A stretch of DNA of 64,000 bases from Podarcis melisellensis (Eukaryota). The translations under genes were made by a program, and so were the position numbers. A model generated the notes under the pieces. That model was given only the letters and a program-made list of their open reading frames with translations, was not told the origin of the DNA and ran no database searches. Location of the stretch: assembly GCA_964234715.1 (NCBI GenBank), contig OZ174278.1, one strand, 5' to 3'. Shown here in pieces: positions 41,932 through 63,750 of the stretch. The stretch's first letter is position 1; every line of letters starts with the position of its first letter.

Positions 41932-44548
41932 TGTTTTGTACAGGATAGAATGTTAAGCTACCACCTTCAGACATAGATCAGGTCCAAAAGGTCTCTGTGG
42001 TTTAGTGCATATTTAGACCTAGTGATCTACTTTGGGACCATCTTTCAAAATAGCTTTAGGTTCACAGGGGCAGAACTCATTTATAAAGCGCTTTATAATT
42101 TTATAATCTGTCGCACTTAGTGAGTGTGATTCCTGTCATTAGTCTCCCATAAGAGTGACTCTAAAGTCCCTCAGCTGCAGTAAAATTAATCCAAATTCAC
42201 GCTGAATTGAAATAAGGTTGGCAGGAACATGACTGCTGTTCATATTTTATAATCAGACATAGCTCAATCAGGATGACAGAAAACAATATGTATGGTGATA
42301 TGTACTGAAAAAATTAGATAAAAGACTTGCAGCTTTACTAAGGGATTTGGCAAGTCATTCTGGTGGTTCTTACATATAGGATGCTATTGTCATGGAACAA
42401 AAAAGGGTGATGGTGTTCTGCAGCTATTAAAAGGATCAGAAAAACATAGGGATCAGTTTCTCTGTATGAATCTCTTGAACCTGATGGGAACCTATTTAGC
42501 AAGACTAAAGCATAATAATCCAGATACTGGAGATGGGTTTTTCCCTTTTTCTGCCATGTTTTTTATAATCACACTTCACAAATATATATCCATGTTTAAA
42601 CAAGACTTTTCACTTCCTCTGCTAGTCCCGATTCCTCTGCTTACTGTGGGGAGAGCATTTCACCATTGCCACCGCACACTGTACTCGCCATGCCTGTGAG
42701 TCTGGTAGTGCTGAGAGAGAGGCCTAATAACTGCCACCGTCCCATTCCATTATCTTCAGGGGACAGCAATGGAAGCTCCTCTTAACAGCCATGATAGCTA
42801 AATGGAATTACTACTATTAAGTAGTGGGTTGACAAAGCAGACGACACAAAGATTCCTCCAAGTAGTTCTTTATAAGTAAGCTGGAACTGAACTGAACTGA
42901 ACACAGCTCAGCTGGCCTGCTTTTATAGCCAGCCAGCTGTCACATTGTAACAACAACCACCCAGGGTTTCCTGCCGAAATTAAGTGATGTGGACCTGAGT
43001 GAAAACTATATACACAATACCCCTGGGTGGCCAGGGTGAGCACTTCAATACATAACAACTACTATATCAGATGCTAGGAAGTAAAAAACAACAACACGGG
43101 AGGGGCACCACACTCGTGTCCTAACTATAAACTGGCTAGCTTCTGTGGGAAAAAAGAATGCTGGATTAAATGGAGGCAATTGACTTTTACCAAGATGGAG
43201 CCACAAATGTAGTTTAAGTCAAGCTGCTCCTTTGCTCCCACAGCTGCTGTCACACCCATTTTTACAGAAGACCTGCTTCTGTAAGGCCACAAATGTTGAC
43301 ACTGCCAAAATCATTTCTGCTTCCAAAGCTGACCTATCTCATTTGACTCAACATTAGCTGGAGTGCCATGGCCTGAATTGTTCTCCCCTCATGACAGCCA
43401 CACTTCCCAGAAACAAGGGAAATAAAATTCTGGCAGCTTTATAAAGAAACGCTGCTAACATTCTTCTTCAAACAACACATAATGAACATACAGAACTCAC
43501 AGTTGTGAGGTGTGCTGACCACCATTAGTTTAGATGGGTTAAAAAAAGTATCTCTGAATTGACATACTGACAGCTTTTACCTGTGATAGCTAAACAATCT
43601 CTATGTTCAGACGCAATATACTTCCAAAATACATGGGTATATTAGAGATAAAAAAATAAGAGAAGGCCACCACCATCTTCATGTCCAGTTTTTGAGCTCC
43701 CAGAGACATTTGGCCGACTGCTTTTGGAAGCAAAATGTCTGAATACATGGCCTTCCCACCAGGGGTGTTGTTACATTCTGATGCCACAAGCATGACATGA
43801 ATTAAAATTTTTAATTTCTCATAGTGATCTCTCCCAAAATTACATTTTCACTTCAATTAATTTTTTCAATAGTCACATCCCACTCTGATTTTCCTACTAA
43901 GTAGTGTTACTTGTCACGATCTTTGTTTTTAAAATTGCTTTTGTCTCATTACATCCAGTCATTTCAGCTCTCCTTCAGACTTTGTCCACTGGGCTGTGGG
44001 TGAACTCAAGGGAGGGGGAGGGGAGGGGGCAAGCCCCTGACTCTTCACAGGTGCAGAGCAAGCCAGCGGTCCTCTCCACCAAATAGAAGGGACTTGGACA
44101 AAGCAGGGTATGTAGTATATATAAGGTAAATAAAATTAAAATGGGCAGGGACAGCTGCTATGGTATGGGCAGTGGCTACTCAGGTCAGTAAGCCATTTGC
44201 CCTTGCCTTCATCATCCCTACCCCTCCTCTGTGAAGAACAGCTCAGGACCGCAATACCTCAAGGACTGCCTCTTTCCCTATGAACCTACCCAGACCCTGA
44301 GATCATCTTCTGAGGCCTTTCTTTGTGTGCCAGGCCTTTGGTTGATTTGATGGACATCCTATGCCCTTTTAAAATCTGGGGGGTTTTTGGGGTGTGTGTG
44401 TTATTGGGTTGTTTTTTTATTTTGATTATACATTTTGTGGTTTTATATTTTGATTTTATTCTGTGACCTCCAAGTACAGGGCAATATATATCAATTCAAA
44501 TAACACCACCACAAGCAGCGATGTGGTACTCCTGAACTCCCTATGACA

Positions 44549-44697
44549 GAATTGTAGAATCACAGAATTGAAGAGTTGGAAGGGACCACGAGAGTCATCT
44601 AGTCCAGCCCCCTGCAATGCAGGAATCCTTTGCTCAATGTGGGGCTCAAACCCACAACCCCGTGATTAGAGTCTCAAGCTCTACTGACTGAGCAAAT
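44549..44697 (-). mobile_element. tRNA-Lys-derived SINE with CR1 3' tail
   Basis: Reverse complement gives gctcagtcagtagagcttgagactctaatcacggggttgtgggtttgagccccacattg followed by a ggtcccttccaactc...attct CR1 tail. Related copies at 45446-45535, 49395-50325 and 53146-53220. Confidence 0.8.
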
Positions 44698-44934
44698 CCT
44701 GCAAGTGCCATTTATGCAACCACACCACCTGGAGTCTCTTAACCCTTCAATTAAATCTCAAATAGCACATAACAGGGCATTTTAAAAAACAAACAAACAA
44801 ACATTGAATTCTTCTGTTATTTAAATTTGCTTTTAAATGGTTAGTTGTGCTATAGGCACTGAATAAATATAGAAGTCTTTGCAGTGCTATAAGCTATACT
44901 GCAAGGAGAAAGACTACAGATACATACAAAATTA

Positions 44935-45158
44935 CCGTATTTTTTGCTCTATAAGACTCACCTTTTCCCTCCTAAAAAGTAAGGGGAAATATGTGTGTGT
45001 CTTATGGAGCGAATGCAGGCTGCGCAGCTATCGCTGAAGCAGCGATCCCTCTTCCTGTTCTGGCTTCTGGGATTCAGAATATTTTTTTTCTTGTTTTCCT
45101 CCTCCAAAAACTAGGTGCGTCTTATGGTCTGGTGCGTCTTATAGAGTGAAAAATGTGG
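44935..45158. mobile_element. TcMar (Tc2/pogo-like) MITE
   Basis: TA|ccgtattttttgctctataagac ... gtcttatagagtgaaaaatgtgg|TA. Confidence 0.8.
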
Positions 45159-45343
45159 TAATTATGAATGCCCCCCTCCTTAGAAAATGTCTGTACTCAT
45201 ACATGCCTTTATAGGCATGGATATTAATTAGCATTCATTAAGAAATCAAATCGGTAAAATGTGTAAGGTTTCTACTTGAAAAAATATTATTATTCAGGGT
45301 TTCTTAAAAACAGATTTTCCAACTGCACAATTCCCCATCACTT

Positions 45344-45379
45344 AAACAAACAAACAAACAAACAAACAAACAAACAAAC
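45344..45379. repeat. (AAAC)n microsatellite
   Basis: About 9 tandem units. Confidence 0.95.
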
Positions 45380-46944
45380 GTAAATGAGTTCAAAGCATGC
45401 TTTTCTGCTTGTTTACAAGGACTTGCATGGTTTGCAACTCCATGCCTACACGTTGGGCAAAATAAATTCCTGCATTGCAGGGGGTTGGACTAGATGACCC
45501 TTATGGTCCCTTCCAACTCTAAAATTCTATGACTCTACACTCTGTAGCAATGGCTGTTTCTCCATAGGAGTCAGCAGTTCTTATCTACTATGCAGTCTCT
45601 AACAGAGGACAATCCAATGGCCCTTGCACTCATGTAAAGCCCAACTCAGTATCACTTACACTGGTGCAAGAGCCATTGGATCTACCGGAAAGTTACCTGT
45701 ATCTATTCTTTTTGCCCCATCAGACATGTGCTACCAAAGCTGGTATCTCTCAAACACGACGGGGAGGAGGAAGAGGTTCCTGGGAAGGGCTGGGACTGGG
45801 ACACACTGGGGCAAGCAAGGGACAGGGAAGGAAGTACTCACGCGATAGCAAGGGGATGGGGACCAATGCACAGGAACCAGAGCAGCAGGACTCATCACCA
45901 GAGCCAGAGGTGGCCTTGTCCCCACAAACATGGCAGGCCCTGAAGTGTAGAGAGCAGTGGGAGAGGCGTTGTAGGAGATTGAGACAAGCAAGAGCCTACA
46001 GCCCAGCTCCCTAGCCGGCCAGGTGGGACTCACTAGCTCTGGGAATGTGTGTGATTCCTCAGCTGGAGTGGGCTTGGCACAGGTGAGGGTCATCTGCCTC
46101 ATCAAGCCCAGGTGCTGCAATCAGCAGGCAAAGTACTAAAGGGAAGCAGAGAGGAAGTGCTGTGTCTGCTCAATTGCCCATGGCTTGAATGTTCCTGGAC
46201 CTCAACAGTACTTTGCTTCAGCTTTGACTCTGGACTGTATCCTGATATCAGACATTTTTACTTGGATTGAGCCTGGACTACGTTTCCTGACCTTTGGACT
46301 TGGTGTGGTTTGATCCCTGGACTTTGAGCGTGACTTGCTTGCCAGGTAAGTCAGGGGTTCAGGACACTCCCTGTTTCTCATGTTTGTGTGAGGTGGGGGA
46401 AGGAGAGAAGGAAATTGACGAGTGGAGCTTTCATTCAAGAAAACAAAACAGCCAACAAACCAAACCATGTTCATTGATGAAATATTTGGCATTGTGAGAG
46501 TTGAGAGTGTGTGTTTCATAGCTTTGAGAGACAAGATCAATTTTTTGGCAGGGCTGCCAAATTACAAGAGCACTGCTATGATCCTCGCCAGCGTATGCAC
46601 TCCACCCAATGAATCACTGTGCTCAACAGCTGTGGAGCTGAAATGATCCTGAGGGAGGGGAAACGCCTCAGGTCTTGATTGGGGGGGGTGAGGCGGGGAA
46701 AGAAGACACAGCGTCTCTTTCCCTTCCCCTCTTCTTGACTTAAGGGTTCAAAATCCCTAATTAAGCATTAGCCCTGTCCCCAAACTTGTGTAGGACAGTA
46801 TCCTGCCCTTTCTCCCAGAGGAGTCCAGGGTGGTAAACAAGCGATAAAGCAATAAAACATTGCATATGCAGACAAGGCAATATCTCTGCTTAAAAGTGCT
46901 TAGTAAACACATACACCTAATGTCCATGCCCCAATTTTTCCAAC

Positions 46945-47500
46945 TGCACTTTTTTGTCTACCTGGGCACTACCATAACCATCCACTTTTCAATTGATGCT
47001 GAGCTGGACAAGTGTATTGGCAAGGCAGATATGGCAATGGCTCGCCTCTCCAAAAGGGTGTGGGAGAATGTGATGCTAATGACCAATGTCAAGATGAAGG
47101 TCTAGCAGGCTTGCATGTTGAGCGCATTGTTTTATCATTGTTTTATGGAAGTGAGTTGTGGGCAGAAAGATTTTGGGCGTCACATGGCAGGACAGAGTCT
47201 CATATAAATATATGCTCTCTCAAGCCCATATTCCTAGCATGTTCACACTCCTCTCTCAGCGACATCTATGTTGGCTTGCTCAGGTACACAGAATGAAGAT
47301 GGCAGAACCTCCAAGGATGTGCTGGATGGGGAGCTGGCTTCAGGCACTAGGACCAACTGTCATCAAACGTGATATGAAGGTTGGCAACATTAACCCTACT
47401 GTGTGGGAATCCCTTGTAGTGCCTGGGGACAGACGAGTGAGGTTGTGCACCCACAGCAGTGGGAGGAGGAGTGCAGAGAGCAGAAACGCCATGATGCACC
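46945..47500 (+). mobile_element. Degraded RTE-clade LINE ORF fragment
   Basis: YLGTTI...IDAELDKCIGKA..MARLSKRVW; RKILGVTWQDRV; RHLCWLAQVHRM, spread across frames. Confidence 0.75.
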
Positions 47501-49426
47501 TGTAGCAGCAAAATAGGGTGGAACTTAATTTTTGCAGCTTTCTTCAGTGAGAGGGTCTTAAAAATATTTTTGGGGGTGTGAGGAATTCAGATCTGCTATT
47601 TACTAAATAATTTTAATTTTGCCTCTTGAAAATGTCATGTAATGCTAAATAATAATAATAATAATTAATAAATAAACTGTAAGTACTTGACAATCATTTT
47701 TAATTATTTCCAATGAGTTTTTATACACATTTTACTTACCAAGCAAAACTAAATTATATTATATTAATTTAACCAAAATATATTTTGAATTCCCAAGTCA
47801 TGTTACAACTTTTTAGCACCCCTCATTCTTGGAATTTGAAAGCTGAAAAATTCAACACTCCCTTAGGCTACTGTGAACTAGATAATTATGTAACCCGTCT
47901 TTAGCTTTGGATTATTATTTTTTTTAAAGTGTTGTCTAGTGTAAGATTACTTTTTTTAATTTAATGGGAACTCTAAAAAAGCACTTTTCCCAATCTGACG
48001 ATACAATAAGAAAAAAACATTTACCCACAAGTGCATGGAGCTCATATGTGGCTTATGGTTTTCAAAGCACACATATTCCGATCTAAATTATAAAAGAACT
48101 GAAAGAACAAAATGTCTGACTAAAATTTCCCTACACAAAGATTCTGTTTTAAAGTATCATTCATGTTCTTACATCTGCAATGGGTATTATAGGGAAGAAT
48201 AGGCAAACAGAGGGGTTTTTAAACAGGATTAAATAAATAAATAAAAAATCATTGACTAGGCATGTAAAACACACAATCCAGCCACAAAAGCCATTTCCCC
48301 CTCTTGATTTAAAACGGCAGGCGGTGTTATTAACGACAGATGCTTCAACTAATAATGACCCTTTCCTGACAAATTTTATATGGTTTACAGAGAGTTACAC
48401 ATTGTTTCTGCTGAGCCTTTCAGAGTAGCAGCCATAGTGAGAAATAATGAACAACTTGTTATTGCATGGACTGGTGGAAATGTATTGTCCAGCTTTTCCA
48501 AGCCCAGCTGCTGTTGAAAGCAGTAGAATCCTCACTTTCTCCAGTCTATAGTTTTGACTGCCTTACAAAATAGGATTTTATGCTGCTAAATTCCTAACTG
48601 CGTGGCCCTATTATTGTTCAGCTATGCAAAGAAAAAAGCAATCACAGCAGCAGTAGCAGCAGCAAGCATTTTCGGGTGGAGTGTTAAATACACCCAAACC
48701 CAGGCATTCTAGCCAATGCAGTGTTATAGGACAATTTTCCTACTGCAAAAAAGGGGCCAGATGGCATGATAACTACTTGATTGATCTCTTCTGTGCACTA
48801 CATTCAATGACTTTGGATTTTCAGGCTATTTATAAATGCAATAATCTTCTTAAATGCTAAATTCAACTGTGTATTATAAAAGGTCTCGTCCCTGTCCCCT
48901 CCTGTATCAGCCAAATGCTGTAGATTAAGTTGAGGATTTCTCCAGGGAAAACATTGTTCATCATGCGGCTTGAAGTTTGCAGACATTTGATAAAACTGCT
49001 AGTAGAATCCAGAATATTGTTTGGTTTTCATTTCTGTACAGCTGGTTCTTTTTGTAATGTATATTTAGGGACTGCTTTTATTGCTGTTGTCCTTAACATG
49101 AAAACTTTATTATGCCAATTGTAGTAAAAAAAAAGTTAACAGTGCATTTTAAGCAAAAGCCAGCAGGCAGGTTTTCTCAAAACTAATAAAAACGCAAAAA
49201 ATATTTGTGACTTAAGAGGTTGCAGCGAACATTTAAGGACCCATCAACTATCTTAGAAACTCAATTACGAAAAAACCTTTACATTTCAGGGAAATTGGTG
49301 CTGTTCAGGGCCATGTCCCTGAACAGACAGGTTGACAATATTGATTTGGACTCCTGTGGTTATTTCAGCTTCACCACTGCCATGGAGATGGATGGAGTTG
49401 GAAGGGACTATGAGGGTCATCTAGCC

Positions 49427-49799
49427 CAGGGGTCGGCAAGGATTACCAGGCATGGACCAGATCACTCCTGCAGAGATCCTCCGTGGGCCAGACTGGCACA
49501 GTGTGATGCCGGAAGTCACTTCTGTGCATGCCCAGATGCCAAAAATTGTGCCTGCGCAGAAGCGATTTTCAGCATCTGGACATGAGCACAAGCGATTTCC
49601 AGCGCCACAGACATGCACAGACACAATTTCCAGTGTGTGCACACACACACACAAGTGATTTCTGGAGCAGTGGAAGAGAGTCCCTGCGCCGTGCCAGTTT
49701 AGTGCAGTGCGCGGGGACTCACTGAGCATGTGGCTTGGTTCTGGGGCGGCTCATGGGCTGGTTAAACGGTCTCTGTGGGCCGCAGGTTGGGGACCCCTG
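49427..49799. mobile_element. hAT MITE inserted in a SINE
   Basis: CAGGGGTC...GACCCCTG TIRs; perfect 8-bp TSD ATCTAGCC. Confidence 0.85.
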
Positions 49800-49946
49800 A
49801 TCTAGCCTAACCCCCAACAAGCAGGAATCTTTTGCAAAATGTGGAACACAAACCTATGATCCTGAGACATGGGTGTAGCCAGGACTTTTGTGAGGGGGGA
49901 GGGATGATGTGATTGGTCAGTTAGTTATTTCTATTGTTTTACTTGA

Positions 49947-50237
49947 GAAGAGAAGACTCCCTGGAAAAGACCCTGATATTGGGGAAGATTGAGGGCACAA
50001 GGAGAAGGGGATGACAGAGGACGAGATGGCTGGACAGTGTTCTCGAAGCTACCAACTTGAGTTTGACCAAGCTGCGGGAGGCAGTGGAAGACAGGAGTGC
50101 CTGGCGGGCTCTGATCCATGGGGTCACGAAGAGTCGGACATGACTAAACGACAACATTTTTTTTCACCTTCATATATTTGTATTTGCAAAGACTACCACT
50201 AAATGACTAAACAACAGCAACAGCAACAACAACAACT
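49947..50237 (+). mobile_element. Bov-B (RTE) LINE 3' fragment with (CAA)n tail
   Basis: ggaaaagaccctgat...catggggtcacgaagagtcggaca Bov-B-type 3' end; 13-bp TSD TTGTTTTACTTGA (49934-49946 and 50238-50250). Confidence 0.9.
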
Positions 50238-51489
50238 TTGTTTTACTTGATCTGTGGTGGTGGGGCAGCTACGCCCATGCCCATGCTCTGAGATTAAGAG
50301 TCTTATGCGCTACCAACTGAGCTATCTTAGTTTTGTTTGTTCACTGGAATACACATACGGAGTCTATACAGCTGAAGGTATTATTTTGCATAGCAAGTAC
50401 CCAACTGGCAACAAATCCCATTCGCACAGAATGATAAGGAGTTGGAAATGTGCTTGAATGTCACCTAGGTGAACTCCCTGCTTACTGCAGGTTAGCCAGA
50501 GTCAGTGGGAGAGAAGAGAGGCTTTTTAAGATTCATTGAGTTTCCAGGCACAGGAAAGACTGAGGTTTTGGACTTCGTAGGTAATGATTGAACTGCATTG
50601 TACCGATATGTGAATTTGTTCTCAAGCATCAGCCATGGGGTTAGGGCAAATGAGCTCTCCTGGCATTTTGGAGCTGCAGTGAACATGGAAAGCCCTTAGC
50701 AGAACATGCTAAGCTGAAAGGTTTTTTATGAATTGAATTTGATCATGTTTGGTCATGAGCTATCCTCAGTATATTTTCTTCTTCACAAGTTTGAACAATT
50801 TGTGCAAAAAAGAAGTTAGCTCTGAATATAGTGCTCATCAATTTAATTGGGTGACCTTGAACTCTAAATTTCTATCTACACTCCTCTCAGTTCCATTCAT
50901 TATTGTCAAAAAATCCCAATGCAAATCCATAGCTTTTTTCTGAACTAATAATAATAATAATCCTGAAAAACTTTCCTCATACGGTGGGTGCTCCAAACAC
51001 AATAATTTGGGTAGCACTTTGTGGTACCTTTTCCAAAGGTATGATCTCCTTTTTGAAATGGAGCACCCGTTCACAGTATTCCAAATACAGCCACACCGTT
51101 AGAATAACAAAGCATTATGATGCTAGAAATTTCATTTCCAACACCTTTCCTAATAATTTAAGCCTTTTCCTACCACTTCACTCCCACTATTTAAAAATCT
51201 GAACAGCAGCTAAGGAGGAAAGGGCCAATTTGGACCACCACTGCACCACTAGGGTGGGTTAACTTTTCCACTGCGCACTGTTCTCCTCCTGAAATTTGCC
51301 ACTGCAGATGCTATTTGTATCACAGTAAAAAACAGCTGCATGACACTTGTTGGTTCTACATTGCAGGGCAAATAGCTGCTGGAGAAACTATTTAAATCAG
51401 AAGGTGGCACTGGGAGAGAAGGTTATCTACCACCCTGATACCAAAGTCCTGATCCAAACTTCCTCCTTGTGACTGCTATTCAATTTTAA

Positions 51490-54400
51490 ACAACAACAAA
51501 CCTGGAAAATTTAATTATAGATCCCCACGGGAATATGTCATGGCTACATGCACTCCTTGAAAACAATGATCTTTCCATTTCATTTTCTGCTAACCCTTTC
51601 ATAAACAGAGTACTATTCACATAAAGCATTCTGGCATATTTTTCAGTGAAAAAAACATGAAGGCATTTCCACAGGATGAGAATAAGGGGTTGACATTGCT
51701 GAATAAACATGACACTCAGGTAAACATTCAAAGATAACTGGCCTAATTCACTTTAGTATCTGGCATATCCCCCCCCTTCTTGGATCCCCCCAAAGTAACA
51801 TCTATGCGTTGATTTACCCCCATTTCAGAATACCAATTAAAATGAAAGCTAGTAGATATCAGAATATTACAAAACAATGCAGTAACTCACCATGCTAATT
51901 TCTTCATAGAAGTGCTAATTCTCTGGACAGATGCTCTCTTTTTTTCCTTGAGACGCATTTCAATATCATTTAAATAATAATGGTAAGGTTTCTTATTCCA
52001 ACAGAAAACAAAGCCTCTGTTTATAATGCCTTTTGGATAGATGCATACAGAGAGGCTCCTTCATTGTTCTCTAATAGTATTTTTAAGAAGGGGTAGTTTG
52101 GGGGCACCATACTTTAGTGGTTCCATTCTGACCTCCAGGGCTGTTTCCAGAGTAGTCATGGGAGGCTACTGTTCAGTACCATGGAAGTTGTCCTGTGGTG
52201 TCTTTTGTTTCTCAAAAACATGGCAGCATAGGCACATCCAGTAAATCAGGGTGGGCAGGTTTCAGGCTTGCATTTTCTACCTTTAAAAAACAAACAAACA
52301 AAAAACCCAGAACTCTGAAATTGACCAAATGGAGCCAGGTGCAAATGAGTGGCTGGGGTGGGGAGGACAGCATATTCTTCAAACTGAGCAGGATGCTTCC
52401 AAGCACCTGCTCAAGTTCACAGAAAAACGCACTCCTGGTTTTCACTCTTGAGACATCATCTGCACAATATATTTAAAGTGGCATCATACCTCTTTAAGCA
52501 GTCACGACTTCCACGTGAAGAATCCTGGGAACTGTAGTTTGTTAAGGTGATGAGTTATTAGAAGACCCTTATTACCCCCACAGAGCTACAATGTTCACAG
52601 TGGTATAGCAGCCAATCCTTCTTCCTATTAACTCTGTTTTGGATGCAGAGTTCTGCATTTCGATGCCTCTGAAGGCGCTGTTGCTCAGTATGGTGTTGTG
52701 TCGCCCAGTTTGGTGTGATGGTTCCAAGCTGCACCAATTCTGACACCTCTGAAAATACTGTTGCTTAATTGGTTCTCAAGAGTGAAGAGCAGGTTTTGGT
52801 CTGCTTGGATACCATTGGACAATGTTTTGAATCCAAACAGCAGACTGAACCATTCCAAACTCTGCCTATCTGGAGATGTCACAAGAGATTGTTGCTCAAT
52901 TTGGTGCAACAAACTGGGTCAATGGGGATGTCTCTGATGATTCTGCTATTCCAATTCGACATGGCGGTTTTTAAGATGGAGGTGCAGATTTTGGTCTTTG
53001 TTTGGAAAAGGTTGGCTGCTATTTTGAATCAAGATGGGGGACCGAACCATTCCATACTCCACCATTTTGGATGGTGTGGGAGGTGGCGGCATTGTTAATG
53101 GGTGTTGGCAGTGCAGGAGCCCCCCACCAAGGGTGCAATCCTGGTGATCACAGAATCATAATTGCAGTCAGAAGGGACCCTGAAGGCCATCCAGTCCAAC
53201 CCCCTGAAATGCAGGAATCTCAACTGAGAAGCACAATACTACAAACCATGGGTGCTACTTAACTGCATTAAAATGAACTAGAGTTTTGCTGTTGTCATGG
53301 AAGATGAACTTGCATCACAAGTGTACACGGATACTGCTAATAAATATGCTACTAGCACAAATGTTTTTGATAGTGGCACTGGCTACTAAATCCCCATAAT
53401 TTGCTGCTGAATATTTAGCTAAAGAATGAAACGTTTAACACACAAGAGCAGAAAAAATCCAGAGAGAATAAGTCACTAATGCAGATGTTAGAATGCTGGG
53501 AGATTAAAAGCTTATTGAATCAGCTCAGTGATTCCATTTCTACAGCACTGGATTATAATAGTACACTCAATTCCTTAAGAATAATGTTGATGGTAAAGAA
53601 ACAGCTGTATATTGCTTCATTTTTTTCCCAGCCCTGTGATGCAAGGCATGATGTCATAAAGTCAGGAAAACCATGTAGTATAATAACAAATGCAAATTAA
53701 ATGGTTATGTTTATAGTTGAATAATCAAAGCCCGGAGAAGGGGATAGAAAAAGGGATCTCTTTCTCTCATTAAACATACATTGTGCCAGGTTCAGAAATT
53801 CAAAACTAGCTTGCATTCCGAATTTCTGAAGGTGTCATGGGCTATGCAATGAGACAAAGGCAATTGATAAACTTTTTTGGGTGCTATCCAGCTAAATTAT
53901 GGTTGTCCACTGAGATCAATGTATTTAAGTTTATTGGGTTGTGCAATGGGACTTCTCACCTGCATACCCTCAAAATCTGCTATAAAAGGTATGCAGAGTA
54001 GTTCTTTGGCACATGTGAGGAAAAGTGAGGCAGGAGAAGTCCTGTTGCACAAGTGGAACTCTGTGTGCAGAGCTGGATTCAACTCATTGATTTCAATGGG
54101 TATACTCTGAGGAGAACTGATGTTGGGCATCACCCTCTGTACATAAATACCCAAGTGCAAAGACTTATATGCCAAAGGAAATGGCTCTCTTTGCTCTCGC
54201 TTGCAGTCTTCTCAAAGTGCATTAACTCTTCTTAGGCCGTTTAAAAATCTTTAGTCTTTTATATTGTTAACATATGTTGAATTCTGAATGGTTCTCAAGG
54301 AGGTGAAGCTATCTAAGAGTAAATAATTTTTTTTGCATTTTAACGTTGAGGATAACACTTTTCAAAAACATACTGGAATTTAATAACAAAAGCAAAAAAT

Positions 54401-56197
54401 CCATATTAAATAATAAAAATGTAAAACAATCAGTCCAAGGTACATCAATACTGGCGATAAATGGTGATTTAAGTTCACAAAGACATCAAACTGGGATGGG
54501 AAATGCTCAGTCTCCCTCTTCTAGGACAGGGAACAGATGTTACCCTTTGCTGAAGGAAGGTCAGATAAATCAGAAAATAGCAACAACCCTGAGATGAATA
54601 CATGGAAAATATTTGCTTATTAAGGCTCTGCATATAAAATTTAGGACTGCTTCACACATTGTCAAGAACAAACGCTTCCCCATTCAGTATGCACTGCAGG
54701 AGGACGTGGCCAATTGGAAGCTCCCGGAGATTTGTACCTGTGCACCACATGTTTGTTTTATTACGCATATTTTTTCGGTATATTGTTTTTAGCATGTATA
54801 ATATGCGCACATGCTAAAAATGTGACTGTATGAAGCAACCCTTATTTGCTAAGTGAGCCACAAGTCTTCAAGTCTCGCAGTCAAACCACGTATGCCAATC
54901 AACACAAAGATGGCGAGAATCCCTCCCCACCCTAAACATCTACAAAGGTGTTGACTGGCTTTCGAAGCACCTGAAGAATCCTGTGATGAAATGAATGACC
55001 CAAGGCATTTAATTGTTGAACACATAAAAGGAAGTATATTTAAAATAAAAAATTGGTCAGAATGTAGAGTCATTTACCGTTGAAAGGAATTTACAGGGCT
55101 GCGGCAGATGAGTCTTTTGGAATTGTTAGTTCATCGCAATGCCTAAACTGGTTTCTTCATTGCACAGTATTTTCTCTTAAAATGTGTGCATTTTCAAAAC
55201 AATTACATACATATTAAAAATCAGCATTTCTTTGCTTAAACGTAATTAAAACGTTAATACTCTCAGACAACACAGATCTGAAATGGTGAAACCAGTAATT
55301 TTTTCCCCCTCCCACCTTTACAACAAATTAAATTGAGACAAAATTACAAACACATTTCACTACATGATTATTAATAAAAATTAGGATTTTTGTTTATAAA
55401 GTTGCCCAAAATGCAAGGGATGTGCATAGGTTTTACAACTTAGTCATAGTACTTAATTTTATTCCCTTGGGTACTTTCCCCCATGAACGGAATGTACTTT
55501 GCTGTAGATTACAGTTTTTTTTCAACACAGATACACCAACAGCATGAACGCTTGCGACTGTCCACATGCATTAAGAGTCAAGACCCAACTTCAAATCTCT
55601 ATAAGTTTTACAGAGTTCTTCAAAGAGACAGTATCACATTATTCGGATATTACATGAAAGTACTTCAAAATACTATTCTAAAAATAAAAAAGCAAAGGAA
55701 GGCCATTAGAATTTAAGAATTGATCTTGTTATGATTGGGCTAATAATTTCAAATAAATAAAGGAAAGCAAGGTATTCCAATTCACAAAATCAGACTCTAA
55801 AAAGAATGTAGTGTTCCAACCCCAAGTTAAGTAACAGATCATATTATTATTAAAATAGATTATAGAAAGCAGCATCTATTTTGTGCAGTTTTAGGGGCCT
55901 TTGAAATTAAAAGCTATGATTTCCAAAAATATAACATTCCAAAGGATTGAATAATACATATATTTAAAGATACATTTTAATAAAGTTTAGGAGAACTGAT
56001 TAAAAAAGATACTGTCTCTTTAAATTAGCATTTTCTCCTCCTATCTATAAGGACATGACGATAATTATAAATTTAGGTCACACTACATCTAGGTAGTCTC
56101 TAGGGGCCAAGACCTGTTGACACAAGGTCAATAACAAAGAGGTTCTTCCATGTATGAGGTGGTTCCCAGTAATGATAAAATTCTTCCGGTGATAAGA
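51490..56197 (-). other. CASK: CASK 3'UTR; putative distal end near ATTAAA at 51510-51515 on the minus strand
   Basis: Follows the stop codon; AU-rich, mostly repeat-poor; distal boundary inferred. Confidence 0.5.

Positions 56198-63750
<7,553 letters not shown>

Noticed and set aside
44630-44697. tRNA-Lys-like sequence on the minus strand
   Set aside because: Degenerate and fused to a CR1 tail, so it is a SINE head rather than a tRNA gene.
45690-46370. Possible solo LTR; a similar candidate lies at 33730-34420
   Set aside because: Looks repeat-derived, but I could not establish TG...CA termini or a TSD.
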